DNA of 64,000 nucleotides, from NCBI GenBank assembly GCA_951406725.2, contig OX597818.1:28086001-28150000 (forward strand), given 5' to 3'. The notes under the pieces were generated by a model. The model was given only the letters and a program-made list of their open reading frames with translations, was not told the DNA's origin and made no database searches. The number at the start of each line of letters is the position of its first letter. Position 1 is the first letter of the stretch. Shown in pieces: positions 24,490 to 37,672 of the stretch. The position numbers and the translations under genes are program-made. This stretch comes from Octopus vulgaris (lineage: Eukaryota).

Positions 24490-25740
24490 AACCAAGTATC
24501 ATTTTCAATTAGTTTTCAGTTCCATTTTTGATCATTCCAAGTGCTCCTACTGATCACTGGTATAGTGACTGACTTGAGATACAACAATTGTTTCGATTTC
24601 AGTGAGCAAAACTTAAAATTTTCTGAGCTTGTTATTCAATAAACAGACTTTATTGTTTTAGTCTTTCATAACAATATCCTGCTTATTGGCTTTGATGGGG
24701 CTGTCTGTATGTTCTGGAATGTCCCAAAGGATTGTTACATTTTCTCCCTTAGTTACAACCTAAGGGTGGTGCTTATACTATTTATCAGCAGTTTGATTTA
24801 AAATGCTGACATATTAACCAGTATAGATATTGGCCAAGACTTTCATGTCTTGATTTATATTCCACAGGTGCTAAAACTTTACATTCGGAGATTAAAGGGT
24901 CAACAGTTTCAATCTCATCACTGCAAAATTGGCAACTTGAGTGTACTCAATTTTTCAGCCAGCCAATTGCTCATGTGCTTTTTATTCCATTGATTTCACC
25001 TTCTTTGCAACAACAGCTGCCACACTTCTATCATATAAAGATCAACTTCTAGTTAATTGCATGATCCTTAAGAACTGTCATAACAAATGCAGAAATCTCA
25101 GTTACACATAGATTGATTATAAAAGGGCCTTTGATAGCATACTGCATTCATGGATCTTGAAATTGCTGGATACCTTCAAAATTTCTCCGGTAATTTCAAG
25201 CTTCTTGAAGCATAAACTTAGATGTCAAGAACCCTCCTAAGTATTCTAGCTTCCCTAATAACACAGTTTTCTGGAGCTGTACTAAACTGAGTTTTATACC
25301 TATCTGTTCAAATCTTTAGGGATAGTTCCTAATGCACCTATAACTACTGGAATACATTTTACCTGCACTTTCCATAGCCTATGTAATTTAATGGCTAGGT
25401 TCTAGTACTTTGCTATTTTTTCTATACCTCTCATATCAATTTTTTCATCGTTTGGGACTGTAAAGTCAATTATCAATTATAAAGCACTTTCAATTCTCTT
25501 TATCTACCACTACTAAATCAGGTTTTCTAGATTCAATTACTCTGTCAGTCTGAATGTTAAAGTCTCACATCTTATATTTCTTACTTTCTAGTACTTTACT
25601 AGGTTCATGTTCATACCATTTATCAGTATGGTCAAATCCTAGTTTTCTACATAAATCCCAGTGGATTATTCTCCTTAGGTTGTCATATTTTTTCTTGTAT
25701 TCTTTCTATGCAAGCATGCTACATTCACTTACTATATGAG
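24490..25740 (-). mobile_element. Fragments of R4/Dong-like (restriction-like endonuclease) non-LTR retroelements
   Basis: Two minus-strand C-terminal remnants (~24490-25020, ~25225-25740) with K/N-PD-I/L and IGALG-type motifs, plus a + strand RT piece IDYKRAFDSILHSWI at ~25110-25160. Confidence 0.65.
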
Positions 25741-26209
25741 TAACACTTTCTCCTTTTGATTTACATAAGCTATATTGAGAATCTATTTGGTTTTTGTCTA
25801 TCTTCACTATGGTCCTGGCTAATCTGTTCTATCCTTTGCTGATTTCTTTCCTGCTTATGACATAAGATACACTCCCTCTCTTCTTGGTTTATTTTGTTTC
25901 TTCTCTACCTCATCCTTGCACAATTTTGATTCCTTATTTCCACCCGCTGTTCCTTCAACAATTGTTCTATCCTTCTATCCTGATGCTCTTGTGCTGTGTC
26001 CCTCATGCAGTTATCCATATTTTAAAACTTCTTATTAAAGCAATAAACCTCCTAAATGATTCAGAGTGTTTCAATTGACAAACATACGAATGTATTAGAC
26101 AGTTTTTGCTTAAAAGGTGAGAATATTTCTGAAATACTCACCTAATATGCAAGGACACACTATATAGGATATGGTAATTAATTATATAGTAGGAAAGTAT
26201 ATATATATA

Positions 26210-27382
26210 TATATATATAAAAGGTATGATGTGTGTGTGTGTACGTGAATGTAAATTATGCACGTCCACAAATTAGCACGCATGTCGCTCAAACTTTAGG
26301 AGGACGTTCGTCACGACCCTAGTTGTATTTTTGTCAAATTATTTTCCTCCGAGGCAGCAGCGAATAACGGTAAAAATAATTTTGAGTCATAACTTTTAAA
26401 CATTTTTCAAGTTGGAGAAATATGCCATTTGTAAATATGAGTTAAGTCCCCTTCTAGTGATGGTGTAAAGAGAGGGAGAAAGAGAGAGAGAGAGAGAGAA
26501 CAGATTTTTAAAATTTCGTAGGGGTTGTTATGTATGTATGTATGTGTGAATGGCTTGAGTCACACACACACACACAAACATGTATGCATACAAAACACAT
26601 GTATGCAATGTGTGTGTGTGTTGCCCGAGACACGCTCCTTCGCAAATGATCAGCTATTATTTTGTAAACAATGTTTCGAAACTGTTGCATTTTGTGAACA
26701 ATGTTTTGAAAATAGGTGTATGTACGTATATGTTTGTGTGTGTGTGTTGCCCAAGACACGCTCCTTCGCAAACGATCAGCTATTATTTTGTAAACAATGT
26801 TTCAAAACTGTTGCATTTTGTAAACAATGTTTCAAAAATAGATGTATGTACGTATATGTTTGTGTGTGTATTGCCCAAATATATATATACTTAGTTGTGA
26901 TCTGAACATAACTGCTTCTCACACAGAGGATTGGGGGCCCTTTTGGGTATTCTATTTTCTTTGCTGGAAGAGTTCCCAACCCATGGGCAAAGGGGGGTTA
27001 CATGATGGAGGTGGTGTTTTCAAAAGGGTTAGCATATGCAACCTGATCACCTCTGCTGATCAAACTCCAAACCCATGCGCTCCCATCGTGACACTGATTC
27101 TGCAGAACTGGGTTGGGTATGAAAAGTATAAATATTGATGTTTTTGAATCAGCAATGTTGTGTTCGGTTAAGTCCTATTTGGAATGAAAAATCAATAAAC
27201 TGATTCCTTATGGGATCTTCCAATCAAATTGTCAGCAACTCATTTTCAGCCAAAAGTTTACCAATTTCAATGGATTTCGCTCAAATTTGACATCGATGTT
27301 ACTTAGTTTGGTTTGAAATAAAGAGCTTGATTAGCTTAATAATCTTCACTTAACCCTGAGCAAAGCCGTGCTATACTGCTAG
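26210..27382 (+). mobile_element. Non-autonomous Helitron inserted in (TA)n
   Basis: 5' tatatataaaag followed by (TG)n, 3' ccctgagcaaagccgtgctatactgCTAG|t, the same end as the element at 15076-15472. Internal ~125-bp tandem duplication at 26610-26876. Confidence 0.8.
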
Positions 27383-27994
27383 TATATATATATATATATA
27401 TATATATAGTTATCAGTAATAATATAGGGTGAAATTAATTAATTTGGAATAATCATCAATTTCACCAAGTAGATTTCGGCATGTAAAAGCCCCATTCGAG
27501 GAAAGTTTAAGTAATAAACCCTTAATTACTTAGTATATATATATATATATATGTAAGTGTGAGTGTGTGTCTTTTAGTTTTTGTTTACTTATACACATCA
27601 ACAAATAAAGCCAATTGAACAACTCTGTGTGGCTGTTCAATTTGATAGAAATATCAGCCAAATCTCTTTCATACCATGCTCTTGTTAGTATTAAGGAAAG
27701 GGAGAAAAATAGAATTAATATTTTTGATTTTGTTCGGTTCTATGAATTCAATTTTTTTTAAATGCTTTCGTTCATTACTTGATACAAAAAATTGCAAAAA
27801 TAGGACCAAAACCAAGAAATTGTAACTTAACAAAAATATAGAAAGAGAAAGGAAAGGTATTTGAAAGCCAAAAGATGATTTTTAGCAGAGGTGTAATTTT
27901 ATAATTAAAACAAATTCTAAATTTAAATTTCGGAACATAAGATTTAACATGTTATCTGGTGTATGGCCAAATTCAAATGGGTAGAAATGTCTAT

Positions 27995-28038
<44 letters not shown>

Positions 28039-28339
28039 AAGGAATTCAAATACCTATCAGCCACTCCTCCTCACCTTCTCTCTCATTTCCTCTCTCCCTT
28101 GCTTGACACAGGCACCAAATTTAAGCATCTTAATTTTTTTGTTAAGATCATTGCTGCTTTGGTGGCTCAGTAGGCATGGATCTTGAGAAATAGTAATACA
28201 AGATATAGGTTTCAAGACTCTTCCAGAAATTGCAAGAAATCTAGTTAACAATTTTTATTGCAACAAAATTTCTTTCAGCAGTTTCTTTCTCTAAATCATG
28301 ACACATGCATCAGGTACATACAAAAAAACAAACTGGTGT

Positions 28340-28623
28340 ATTATTATTATTATTCTTTTCTACTCTAGGTACAATGCCTGAAATTTTTTTGGGGAGGGGG
28401 GCCAGTCAATAAGATTGACCCCAGTGTGCAATTGGTACTTAATTTATCGACCCTGAAAGGATGAAAGGCAAAGTCGACCTCAGTGGAATTTGAACTTAGA
28501 ACGTAAAGACAGATGAAATACTTCTAAGCATTTCGCCCGGTGTGATAACATTTCTTATTTCTTTATTACCTAGTAACAGGCTATACATAAAAAAAATATA
28601 ACATTTCTGCCAGCTAGCTGTCG

Positions 28624-28688
<65 letters not shown>

Positions 28689-29819
28689 GAGATAGCAAGC
28701 TGGCAGAATCATTGGCATTTCATCTAACTTTACCTTCCATCTTTTTGGAGGTTGATAAAAAAATGTGCAATATACATGATAACACTTCCAATCAGTTAAG
28801 ATCAAAAACCATGGGAGCTGCTGCCTAGTGCTGCATATTATTATTATTGTTGTTGTTATTATGTGATGAAAACTCAGCTTATTTTGCTGGGTATGATGGA
28901 AAGTGTCAGCTGTCCACAGCTTGCAGGCCAAAATGACACTTGTTTACTGGTCATGCTTCAAGAACACGGCAAAGAATTCTTGCAGTTCCAAGCAATGCTA
29001 ATTTTTGTTGGTGTTCTACCTTCCCACTTGCACCAATATTTTTAGCCATGTTGGTAGTTGAGTACTGATACTTCTAAGTGCACCAATTACTATTGGTAAT
29101 AAATCTACTCTCCTCATTAACTACAACCTTCATAATTCCCACTTCAAATCGTCAGAGTTATTGTTTTCTTCTTCTTCTTTCACATTGATCCTTTTGTCAG
29201 GGCATACTATGTTGATTATCATGCATGTTCTTTCTTTTTTATTCACCACAACAATGTCTGGTTTCCGATATTTGATCAGGTGATTGCACTCAATCATTGC
29301 ATCCCACAAGATATTGCAATTCTCATTCTCAGTGACTCATTCTGGGGTTTCCTCATACCACATCTTTGCTCTTAGTAGGCTGTGATTTCCACAGAGCTCC
29401 TAATGGATCGTTCTTGCTATATTGTCATGGCATCTTTTGTATTCAAGTTGTGCCAATTTGGGGTATTTATTAATGATGTGCTATATGGTTTCACCTCTCT
29501 CACACACATATGAAGAGGAGGTGGTTGATTATTTGAGATTTTCCCTTTAGCTGGTACCCCAAATTCATTTTCCTAAGTACCAAGGTCAGGGGTATCATGC
29601 AAAGAACAAAAAACAATGGAGATAAGCTATCACCCTGGAAAATCCTTCTTCTGATACCCAGGGTGCCATGAAGCTTTTTCTGTAAGATGTCAGTTCAGTT
29701 TTCCACCCTGCCTTACTTCTCTTCAGGAAACACGTTATATTCCGCACAATTCCAAACAAATCTAAGCACTCGATGATCCATGAATGTGGGATCATCATCC
29801 CACATCATCATCATTATTA

Positions 29820-29883
<64 letters not shown>

Positions 29884-30970
29884 AGATGGTGAGTTAGCAG
29901 AATTGTTAACATGCTGGGCAAAATGCTTAGCAGCATTTCATACAATCTCACATTCTGAGTTCAACTTTGCCTTTCATCCTTTTGGGGTTAATGAATTAAA
30001 TACCAGTAAAACACTGGGGTGGATGTAATTGACTAGTCCTCTCCCTCCAAGTTTCAGGCCTTGTGCCTTTAGTAGTTAAGATTATTAGTATTATTATTAT
30101 TCAAGATGGTGAGTTGGCAGAATTGTTTGCACATTGGGCAAAATGTTTAGCAGCATTTCATCCATATTTACATTCTGAGTTCAAATTCCACAGAGGTCAG
30201 CTTTACCTTTCATCTTTTGGAGGTCAATAAATTAAATGCCAGTGAAACACTGGGGTCGATGTAATCAACTAGTCTCCTCCTCTATAATTTCAGGCCTTGT
30301 GCCTTTAGTAGAAAGGATTATTATTATTATTATGATATCAATCTGACAGATCATTAGAGTGTCAGACAAGATGTGTTACTGTATTTGCATGCATTTCCAG
30401 GTGAGATTACATTCACCCTTAGTCCTTCCAATGTTGATAAATTAAGAAATAAAGTCAGGTGGTTGAAGTTATCAGCTAACATACTTCACCTCAAAATTGC
30501 TGGCCTTGAGCAAAAATCAAAAGTTATTATTGGTTTCATATTTTGGCACATTTCCAGCAATTTCAGGGGTAGGGCTAAGTCTATTAAGCTGACCCCAGTG
30601 TCCAACTGGTACTTATTTTATCCATCCCAGAAAGATGAAATGTAAAGTTGATCTCAGTGAAGTTCGACTTCAGAATGTAAAGATAGTTGAAATACTGTTA
30701 ATCATTTTTCCTGATGTGCTAACGGTTCTTCCAGTTTGCTGTCCTGAGATCCAAAGTAATTAGTACTACCATGTGGTAAATAAGCAATCAGTAGTGCACG
30801 AGACAAAATACTATGCATTATTTAGTTAAGACTGTTTACATTCTGAGTTTAAATTCAAGTGAATTTGACTTTGACTTACATCTCACCAGGATCAATAAAA
30901 GAGATACCCCATCTTAGATCATTGGTATTGACTTAGTCTCTCCATTTGAAATTGTTGTCTTTTTGCCTAA
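28340..30970. mobile_element. Cluster of Deu/Nin-domain-like SINEs in (TTA)n tracts
   Basis: Motif ctttgcctttcatcctttcggggtcgataaattaagtacc in copies at ~28355-28552 (-), 28688-28770 (+), 29884-30085 (+), 30104-30325 (+), 30340-30530 (+), 30540-30745 (-), 30770-30970 (+). (TTA)n at 28626-28689 and 29813-29880. Confidence 0.8.
29020..29795 (-). mobile_element. R4/Dong-like retroelement fragments
   Basis: RT piece IPHSWIIECL..GIFQGDSLSPL (29590-29795) and C-terminal piece with RHDNIA..ILWD..KPDIVVV..IGAL (29020-29500). Confidence 0.7.
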
Positions 30971-31201
30971 TTCATTATAAATGTGCTTTTCTCCTAAAAT
31001 TTATCCTCTTTTGCCAATGCTCAAATCTATTATTAGAATTATACTAACAAAATTTTGAAAAAATAACTGATTTTCTTCAAAATATACTTGTTTTCTTTTC
31101 ATATGTTTTTTATGCTTTTCTTTCTATTAAGTACACCAATTTGATTTTGCTTGAAATATTTTTTTTTTTTCTTTTAACTCTTTATGTTCTGAAATTCATA
31201 G

Positions 31202-31456
31202 ATTCTCCAGAAGACAATATGATACTAGATGTTTCTAGAGGAAAAGTATGTGTTGATACTCCAACCAAATTCCGCTGCAGTTGGAAAGGTGGTGATCCAC
31301 CAGCAAGTGTAACCCTGAAGTATGAAAAATACTCAAATACTAGTAAAGAAGAAGTTGAAATTAATGTAATACCTTCCAAATCTCATCAAACAGTCAAGTG
31401 TCTGGGCATTCATATTGCTGCAAATGTGTCTTGTGAAAAGAATTTAACTATTTATT
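31202..31456 (+). CDS. IgSF receptor exon, Ig domain 3
   Basis: Long poly-T tract then catAG|31202, donor 31456|GTGAGT, 255 nt, phase 1/1. YSPEDNMIL..FRCSWKGGDPPASVTL..VKCLG..KNLTIY. Confidence 0.88.
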
Positions 31457-31809
31457 GTGAGTATACATGAAGCATCTTTTGAAAATTTTTATCTTCTGTT
31501 TTTATCATTTTCTTTTTTTAATTTAAATATGAGGAGATTAGTAAAATGTAAGATTTTAGTCTTTTGTAAATGTTGGTTTGTCTGTAGTTTTTGAGTGAAG
31601 AAAACAATAAACAATATTCTGTGATACCAAAATGGGTGGGAGTTATTTTATTTTTCCAGAACCATGAATGTAATTGAATTATTGGAATTTGTGTGTGGTA
31701 TTTATCATGTAAGTTGAATATTCAGAGGAAATAAACTCATGATCAAATTCTGATATGAATAAATATTATTGTTGTGGCTAAGTATTTAAATTTTATTTGA
31801 GAACAGAGA

Positions 31810-32930
31810 TAAGTAATTAAGGGGATATTAATCTGCTGGACCAGGTCATCAAAGTAAGAAAAAGAGTTATGGCTCAATTGATTAGGAAAAGAGTTAACCT
31901 AGATGAAATGCAGTTCAGCTTTGTACCAGAAAAAAGTATTGCTAATATCATATTCCTAATGAGTCAACTACAGGTGAGGTACCTGTTAGGCTGGAGGAAT
32001 CCATTGTCCTTGTTCTTATAGCTGAAGCTGGTGTAAGATTGAGAAAACATTGCAGGTGTGAAAGCAAGGCCTGGAATCAAAGAGTCACAACATTACCTTG
32101 GCAAACATAAAGTCTTAGTCATCAGAAAATGTTAGTGTGCATGATTGACGGAGTACAAATGTGCTGAACCTTCTTCCACCTGGAAAATTACCTTATTTGA
32201 TACGTAAAAAAGGAATGAGTTGAAGCTTGATACAGTGTATCCAGTGCAAACTGTGGATGTGCAAGAGGTGCAATGGAATTATTGGTAGGTTGACTGACAA
32301 CATGGACATTGTATGTGGCAGGTGTGCTAAACTCAAAGTGAACATGGGAAATGATGCCTTCAAAAGCCTAGGAAGATCACATGATGTAACAGATAGCTTC
32401 TGTTATCTAGGTGATCAAAACACCATTGGTTGTGGATGTTCTCAAAGTATAGTGGCCAGTGTAAAAACCAAGCAAAGTTCATGGATTTATTACTTCTGTC
32501 ATAAAGTTTTCTCTGAAAGTGAAAAGCAGACTCTATTTTCAACTTTGAATGCTTCATGATAGTGAGACATGAGCCTTGAATGTGGAGTGGAGGACTGGAA
32601 AAGACTAAAAAGAAATTAAGCAGGCATGCTCTACTGGATATGCAGTGTTGGTGTGCATGATTGACAGAGTACAAATTTGCTGAGAGAAAAACTGGCCAGT
32701 AGAGGAATCAAATATAATGTGCAAGTGAGAAGACTGAATTGGTTTGGGCATATAATATGTATGGATGAAGACAGTTGTATATAAAAGTGATGATCACTAA
32801 TAGTAGAATAAACCTGTGTGAGAGAAAGACAAGGGATGAGGTAGAGAAGATTCATCTCAGGATGCTGGAACTCATGGAAGAGATGACAAACGGAGATGAT
32901 TAGTGATATGCAGTCCTCAACAAGATTCAT
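31810..32930 (+). mobile_element. Degenerate RTE LINE fragments
   Basis: LDEMQFSFVP, CIQCKLW..CGRC, DSFCYLGDQ, LNWFGHI remnants. A related 3' UTR remnant lies at ~33860-34105. Confidence 0.8.
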
Positions 32931-34879
32931 CTTTTTATGCTTGCCCATCATGGCTGAGGCTCTCAAAGCATAATATATATGTACACTATGCACCCAAGTC
33001 TTCCCATCTTCTATCCAGACAACTGGTTCCTCCTCCAAGCCACCTCCATTCTCCTCATTCTGACAACTGATGACCCCCACCTCACTCTTTCTTAGTATCC
33101 ATCTTAAACTCTCATCTCCATTTGTAACTTTTGATCCCTGCCACTTCCTATTAACACTCATTCTTCATTCTTGTCCTCCAGGACCACATTCCTTTCCTTA
33201 TTGGTTTCCATTTTTCACACTCACCTCACTCACACCCTCAACTCCACCTCTATCATCCTATCCTCACATCACACTCACAATCTCTAACTCTATATCCAGC
33301 ATCCCATCCCCTCAGTCTCTTCCACTTGCAACCTTAATCCCACCCTTCATCACCCTATCACTTCTCAATCTATTATATTTGTCTGCTCTTGTAAGAAATT
33401 GATATAGAACCAGCTACTATATACCATACCATTACCATCTCTGTCTTGCTGGTCACCACCTTTCTCTATACTACTCCCAATCAACCTCCATTCTTCATAC
33501 TCAATTGTCCCCCACTCATGCCGATTACCTTCACCCTTGTTCACCATTCTCTACATTTATCTCCTGTTTGTTGGTGTCCTCATTAACCTCATGTTTATAT
33601 CCACCTCACTCTCCTTTGACACTCTATCCTTCATTATTTTCCTGTATCCTTCTCTCTTCCATTTATTTCATGGGCATGGTACCTTGTCATCATATTTACC
33701 TCTTAAATCCCATTCCAGTCTTCCCCACCCATCAATGCAAAATAAATAGTTGCCATACATCTTTCCACTTACAACAACCTGTTTCTGCCAACCTCTACAG
33801 TCATACTTTAACATCTTAACTCCTTGTTTAAAGCATCTACCCTATCTCTTCTCTTCCCTGTTAGTTGAACAACTCTTCAGTCTTGTAAGTTACAAGGGAA
33901 CTTCATTAGTGTTGATGCCCTGAAAATAACACCCAGTAAATTCTGTAAAGTGGTTGATACTAGGAAAGGTACCCATATATAGAAATTGTGCTAAAAGTGA
34001 CTTTTAAGCAAGATGTAGTTCTCCGGCTTGGTAATATATAGTCTCCATGCTAGCATGGAAAGCAGGCACAAAATGACAGTGGTAGTGGCAGCAATGATGA
34101 TGATCATCATCTCTATGATGATAGTGCATGTCTGTTTTGAGGAAGATATATATTGTTTAAGAATCTATATGTCAGAAAAAATTGACTCTCTTATATTTGT
34201 CAATAGAGTAGGTATGATAATCAAAAGGTACAGTTTATAGATACATTACAACTAACCTTACCATTTGGTTTTACTCTGGGAATTAAACTGGATATTAGAA
34301 AACAGCAGAGTCAAGAAATATTCTATGCTCTTCAGATCTGGTAAGTATGGGTTCAAAAATGTCTGTTTTGAGGAAAGTAAAAAATGAAATTAATAATGTA
34401 ATACAATTCATGAAGTTTGGCAAAATGTAGGCAAAACTTTACAAAAAGTTTTCACCAATAGATTTTCACAAATTTTTTCCCTTAAACACCTCTGTTTTTT
34501 TTTGTATTTTAGTTTGACATTAAACTTCCCTTATTTTATTATAATTCTATCATTATCAACAGTCCCAATTTACAGCCTTTCTTCTGAAACTCTGTGTATT
34601 GCTAAGTGAATTTTGCCAACATCTTCAAAATCTAAATGGTAGTCAGATGAAATTCCTGGATACAAGGATTATATTTGTTAGGATTTGAAAATTTGTGTTG
34701 GATATTTTCTTCCAGTGTTAAAGATTGCAACACTAACAGAATTTATTGAAAATTTTCCCATTTTTATGCTTCACTTTATATATAATGCAACTCGGAATAT
34801 TAATTGCTGATGTAACAGCAAAAAATAAAATACCTTTATGCAAGTATTTATGTAAATAATCTGATTTCCTTTTATACAG

Positions 34880-35131
34880 ATCCACCTCATACAATAGAAA
34901 TCAAAGCTGATGAACCCTTCCTTGAAGGTTCCAAAGGCATTTTGCATTGTAAAGCAATAAATGGATATCCAGAAAAGTACAGCTACAGGTGGGATCCAAG
35001 TAATAAGACCTCACAAAATTTAACACTTCCTCAACTCAATCGAACACACAATAATAAGGTTTACACTTGTTATGCTTCTAACAAGTGCAGTAAAAGAGAA
35101 TTACATAAAAGACATTGGTTCAATGTAGAAT
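34880..35131 (+). CDS. IgSF receptor exon, Ig domain 4
   Basis: Acceptor cttttatacAG|34880, donor 35131|GTAAGT, 252 nt. YPPHTIEI..EGSKGILHCKAINGYPEKYSYRW..LTLPQL..YTCYASN..FNVE is a typical C2/I-set pattern. Confidence 0.92.
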
Positions 35132-35676
35132 GTAAGTTGAAATCTTAAAATTCTATTATAGATCTGTGAAATAATTTGTTATTTACATTCAATAAAAAAA
35201 CCCCTGATATTTTCATCTTCATCTTTGTTAATTTTGGTTTTTAACAGAAAATTTTTACATAATTGATTTTCTTTGTTTTTCCAAAATAACTTGTTTAATA
35301 AAAATACAAATTGAAGGTTGTGGGTTACCAAAATTATCTCAACCTATTAAGTTTTAAACAGCATATAGCTGGATATACTGGAGACATGCTTTTCTATATC
35401 ACATACCAATGGTCCCTAACATTAGCAAAGCTTTGAATAGTGTCTGATTAGAAATTCCTACCTTTGAGAAACCATCTATCTCATTTTTTGAATTGCAAGT
35501 TTCTGATCAGTCTACTCTCTCATAACATGTGTTAATATAACAATCTCTGAACCACATTCTTGTGTGCCTCAAAATTCCTGCACTGTATATTGATCACATA
35601 AACATTATACTGTTTGTTTTTTCAAACAACATACTGTCATACATATTATACTCCCTTTTATCCCTGCTCAACTTTC

Positions 35677-36912
35677 CATGTACAGAGATGCTGTCAGTAA
35701 GGTGAGGGTTGGCAATGAGTATAGTGAAAAATTCCAGGTAGAAGTAGGGATTCATCAAGGATCAGTCCTCAGACTCCTCTTGTTCATCATAGTCCTTCAG
35801 GAAATAATAGAGGAATTTAAGACAGGCTGCCCCTGGAGCTCCTCTATCCTGATGACCTTACTTGCTGAGTCACCACCAGAACTAGAGAAGAAGTTTCAGG
35901 TGTGGAGGCAAGGTCTAGAATTGAAGGGCCTCAGAGTTAACCTAGCAAAAACTAAAGTCTAAGTAAGTAGGAAAGCAGACAAATCACAGATCCCTTCAGG
36001 TAGATGGCCCTGCTCAATGTGTAGAAAAGGCATATGTAGAAACTCCATAAGATGTACCCAGTGTAAGCTATAATCACATAAGAGGTACAGCAATATCAAA
36101 GGAATGTTAACAGGAAAGATAGATTTTGTGTGTGGTAAATGCACAGGTGCAATAAACACCAAAACAGATTCCATCACATGCCAGGGGTAAAAATTAGAAG
36201 TAGTTCATAGCTTCCAATACCTAGGTGACCAAGTCAGTAGCAGGGGTGGATCCTCTGAGAGCATAGCTGCTAAAATAAGAACAGACTGGATAAAGTTCAG
36301 AGAGCTCCCACCTCTGCTAGTAAGAAAGGGCCTCTCACTCAGAGTGAAAGGTAGACTATATGATGCCTGTTTGCTAACAGCCATACTACATGGCAGTGAA
36401 ACATGGGCTGTGACTGCTGAGGACATGCGTAGGCTTGAAAGAAATGAAGCTAGTATGCTCCACTGGATGTGTGATGTCAGTGTGCATACATGACAGAGTG
36501 TAAGCACCCTAAGAGAAATGTTGGACATAAGAAGCATCAGATGTGGTGTGCATGAGAGACAGCATCAGATGTGTTGTGCCCTCGTATGGTCATGTGTTGC
36601 ATATGGATGAGGAAAGCTGTGCAAAGAAGGGAACCTGTGGAAGAGGTAGACCTAGGAAGACATGGGGTGAGGAGGTGAAGCACGACCTTCAAATGTTGAG
36701 CCTCACAGAGGCAATGACAAGCGACCAAGACCTTTGGAGGTATGCTGTGCTTGAGAAGATCCAGCAAGTGAAGTGAGATCATAGTCATGGCTGATGCCAT
36801 AACTAGCATGTTTACAAGCACACTTCAATCATTGGATAATGCTTGTGAAGACCTATAGAACCAAGTGAAATTGTAGTCATGGCCCATGTCAGTACCACCT
36901 GACTGGCACCCA
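35677..36912 (+). mobile_element. 5'-truncated RTE LINE
   Basis: MYRDAVSKVRVG..GIHQGSVL..GLRVNLAKTKV, then YGHVL..RGRPRKTW; ORF ends ~36777. Confidence 0.92.
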
Positions 36913-37672
36913 GATGTAAGATGGTTAATAATTTTATGGGTGTCTGCCAAGTCAGCTGCCAGATGTCAGAGTTTCAATATATCCATACCCAGGGAAGTAA
37001 GGCATTCAGAATATGGCAAATGCTTGATGGAGGGTATTCACTTGGTTGTATGTTGCTGAAAAAAAAATCTACTCTTAAATTGCACTATTTACAACAGCCA
37101 AACAAGTTTTTGAAAATGTCACAGGTTATATTGTCAATTAATAGTAATTCCTTTTCAATCTTTCAGTTCAGCTCTATTAAGCTAAATAGATATATTGCTT
37201 ATTTCTGTTCAGTTTGATAGAGCTCAGCTTTGTTTTGACCTTTGTGAAGGTCTACAGTTGTACATTTTTAATGAGAGTTGCTCTTGTTTTATTCTATAGT
37301 TCATGCGTAAATGTTATTTATCCTAATGTTAGCCTTCAGAAAGGAGACAAATTACTGAAAATATTCCAGCTATGACCATCCTATTTTTCAAACATAGTGT
37401 ATTTAAAACTACATTAAATGGTGTATACTTCCACTCTTTAGAAAGGGAATTATGTAAAGAAAATTTGGCTTCTATTTCAAACAGGTTGATCCACTGTATA
37501 AAGGCTCCCTAATTGGTTCATGTATAATTCATGTATAGTTCTTGTTTTATTTAATGGTTGCCAAATACTCAAAGTTTATTATTATTGAGCTGCTGTAGTA
37601 AAATTTTCTTCAGTAGACATTACAAAATGCCTACTAAAGTAAATTCTATTAATAGAGACTATTGATTGAATG

